Shown here: one piece after another, positions 63,405 through 64,000 of the stretch
Position numbering within the stretch: the stretch's first letter is position 1
Layout of the letters: every line of letters begins with the position of its first letter
DNA from: an uncultured Gemmatimonadales bacterium
Lineage (GTDB): Bacteria > Gemmatimonadota > Gemmatimonadetes > Gemmatimonadales > Gemmatimonadaceae
Direction: 5' to 3'
Assembly (NCBI GenBank): GCA_963851265.1
Contig: CAWKNZ010000006.1
Span: 128,001 to 192,000, forward strand
DNA: 64,000 bases
Position numbers and translations under genes: made by a program
Notes under the pieces: generated by a model
What the model was told of the DNA's origin: nothing
Seen by the model: the letters and a program-made list of their open reading frames with translations, nothing else
The model's database searches: none

Positions 63405-64000
63405 TTACGGCAGGTAGTAACGGAACGAGCTGTAGACCATGTTGTCGGTCGCGAGCGGTTGGACCCGCCCGCCGCCCGTCGCCGCGGTCGCCGTCGCGTT
63501 CGACGACCAGGTGGCGCGCTCGGTGTGCGAGTACTGCATGCCGAACTGGACCGTGCCGCGGGTACCGCGGTAGAAGCGGTACCAGAACCCGCCGGCGCCC
63601 TGCGCGACGAAGCGCGTGTCCGCGCTGCACGCACCGGCGGTCGGGGCGGTGACGCTCGTGGGGAGCAGTTCGGCGTCGCACCCCGTGTTGTTGAGGAGAG
63701 GCGACCCGTAGCCGACGCCCTTCCCGGCGGCGTTCGCATCGGCCGTGCGGTACGCGTACTCGCCGCCGCCATAGGCGTAGATGTCGAGCGCGGGCGTGGC
63801 GTGGATGTCGAGGGTGGCCAAGCCGTGCGCGGCGCGGATCGGCACGATCTGGCCCTGCGCGTTCGTCGTGGCGTCGGCGATCTGCGACGACCCGTACCGG
63901 CCGATCCCGCGCCCGTACAGGGCGTTGAGGCCGATGTCGACCTTCTTCTGGATCGGCAGGAAGAGGCTCGCCCCAACGCCGCCGGCGGTGGTCGTGTAGT
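63405..64000 (-). CDS. C-terminal part of a probable outer-membrane beta-barrel porin (start outside window)
   Basis: Frame of ORF 63405..63845 stays open to the window end: YTTTAGGVGASLFLPI..VDIGLNALYGRGIGRYG...GFWYRFY..VQFGMQYSH...MVYSSFRYYLP, with amphipathic strands and an aromatic C-terminus. Confidence 0.6.
   Translation of the reverse strand, partial: YTTTAGGVGASLFLPIQKKVDIGLNALYGRGIGRYGSSQIADATTNAQGQIVPIRAAHGLATLDIHATPALDIYAYGGGEYAYRTADANAAGKGVGYGSPLLNNTGCDAELLPTSVTAPTAGACSADTRFVAQGAGGFWYRFYRGTRGTVQFGMQYSHTERATWSSNATATAATGGGRVQPLATDNMVYSSFRYYLP

Overview
Very GC-rich (roughly 73% by eye) bacterial chromosomal segment, almost fully coding; I saw no rRNA, tRNA, CRISPR array or transposase. 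SusC/SusD pairs, a PEP-CTERM protein and many Ala/Pro-rich signal peptides in such a high-GC genome suggest Gemmatimonadota (inference). From left to right: the 5' part of a phosphoketolase gene; a run of mostly secreted peptide/amide hydrolases (serine hydrolase, VPS10/BNR protein with YbjQ, M16, M1, DUF885, amidohydrolase, amidase), interrupted by a collapsed molybdopterin oxidoreductase pseudogene, a histidine kinase with an ethylene-receptor-like (ETR1-type) sensor and an AidB-like acyl-CoA dehydrogenase; a PEP-CTERM gene; a ROK regulator facing a beta-mannan/galactoglucomannan utilization locus (acetylesterase, SusC, SusD, Na+ symporter, GH130, cellobiose 2-epimerase, GH26, GH3, GH27); an alditol oxidase and two esterases; a starch locus (SusC, SusD, two GH13); a divergent GH2 / clan GH-A pair with an aldo-keto reductase; and porin-pstC-pstA-pstB-pstB-phoU. 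The main unexplained signal is a non-palindromic heptamer, GTTAGGC/GCCTAAC (22 exact copies counted by eye, plus GTTAGTC/GTTAGAC variants). It is scattered through genes in both orientations and repeatedly uses the otherwise rare TTA codon. Start codons were adjusted by eye from the ORF track and are approximate; all family calls come from motif recognition, not database searches.
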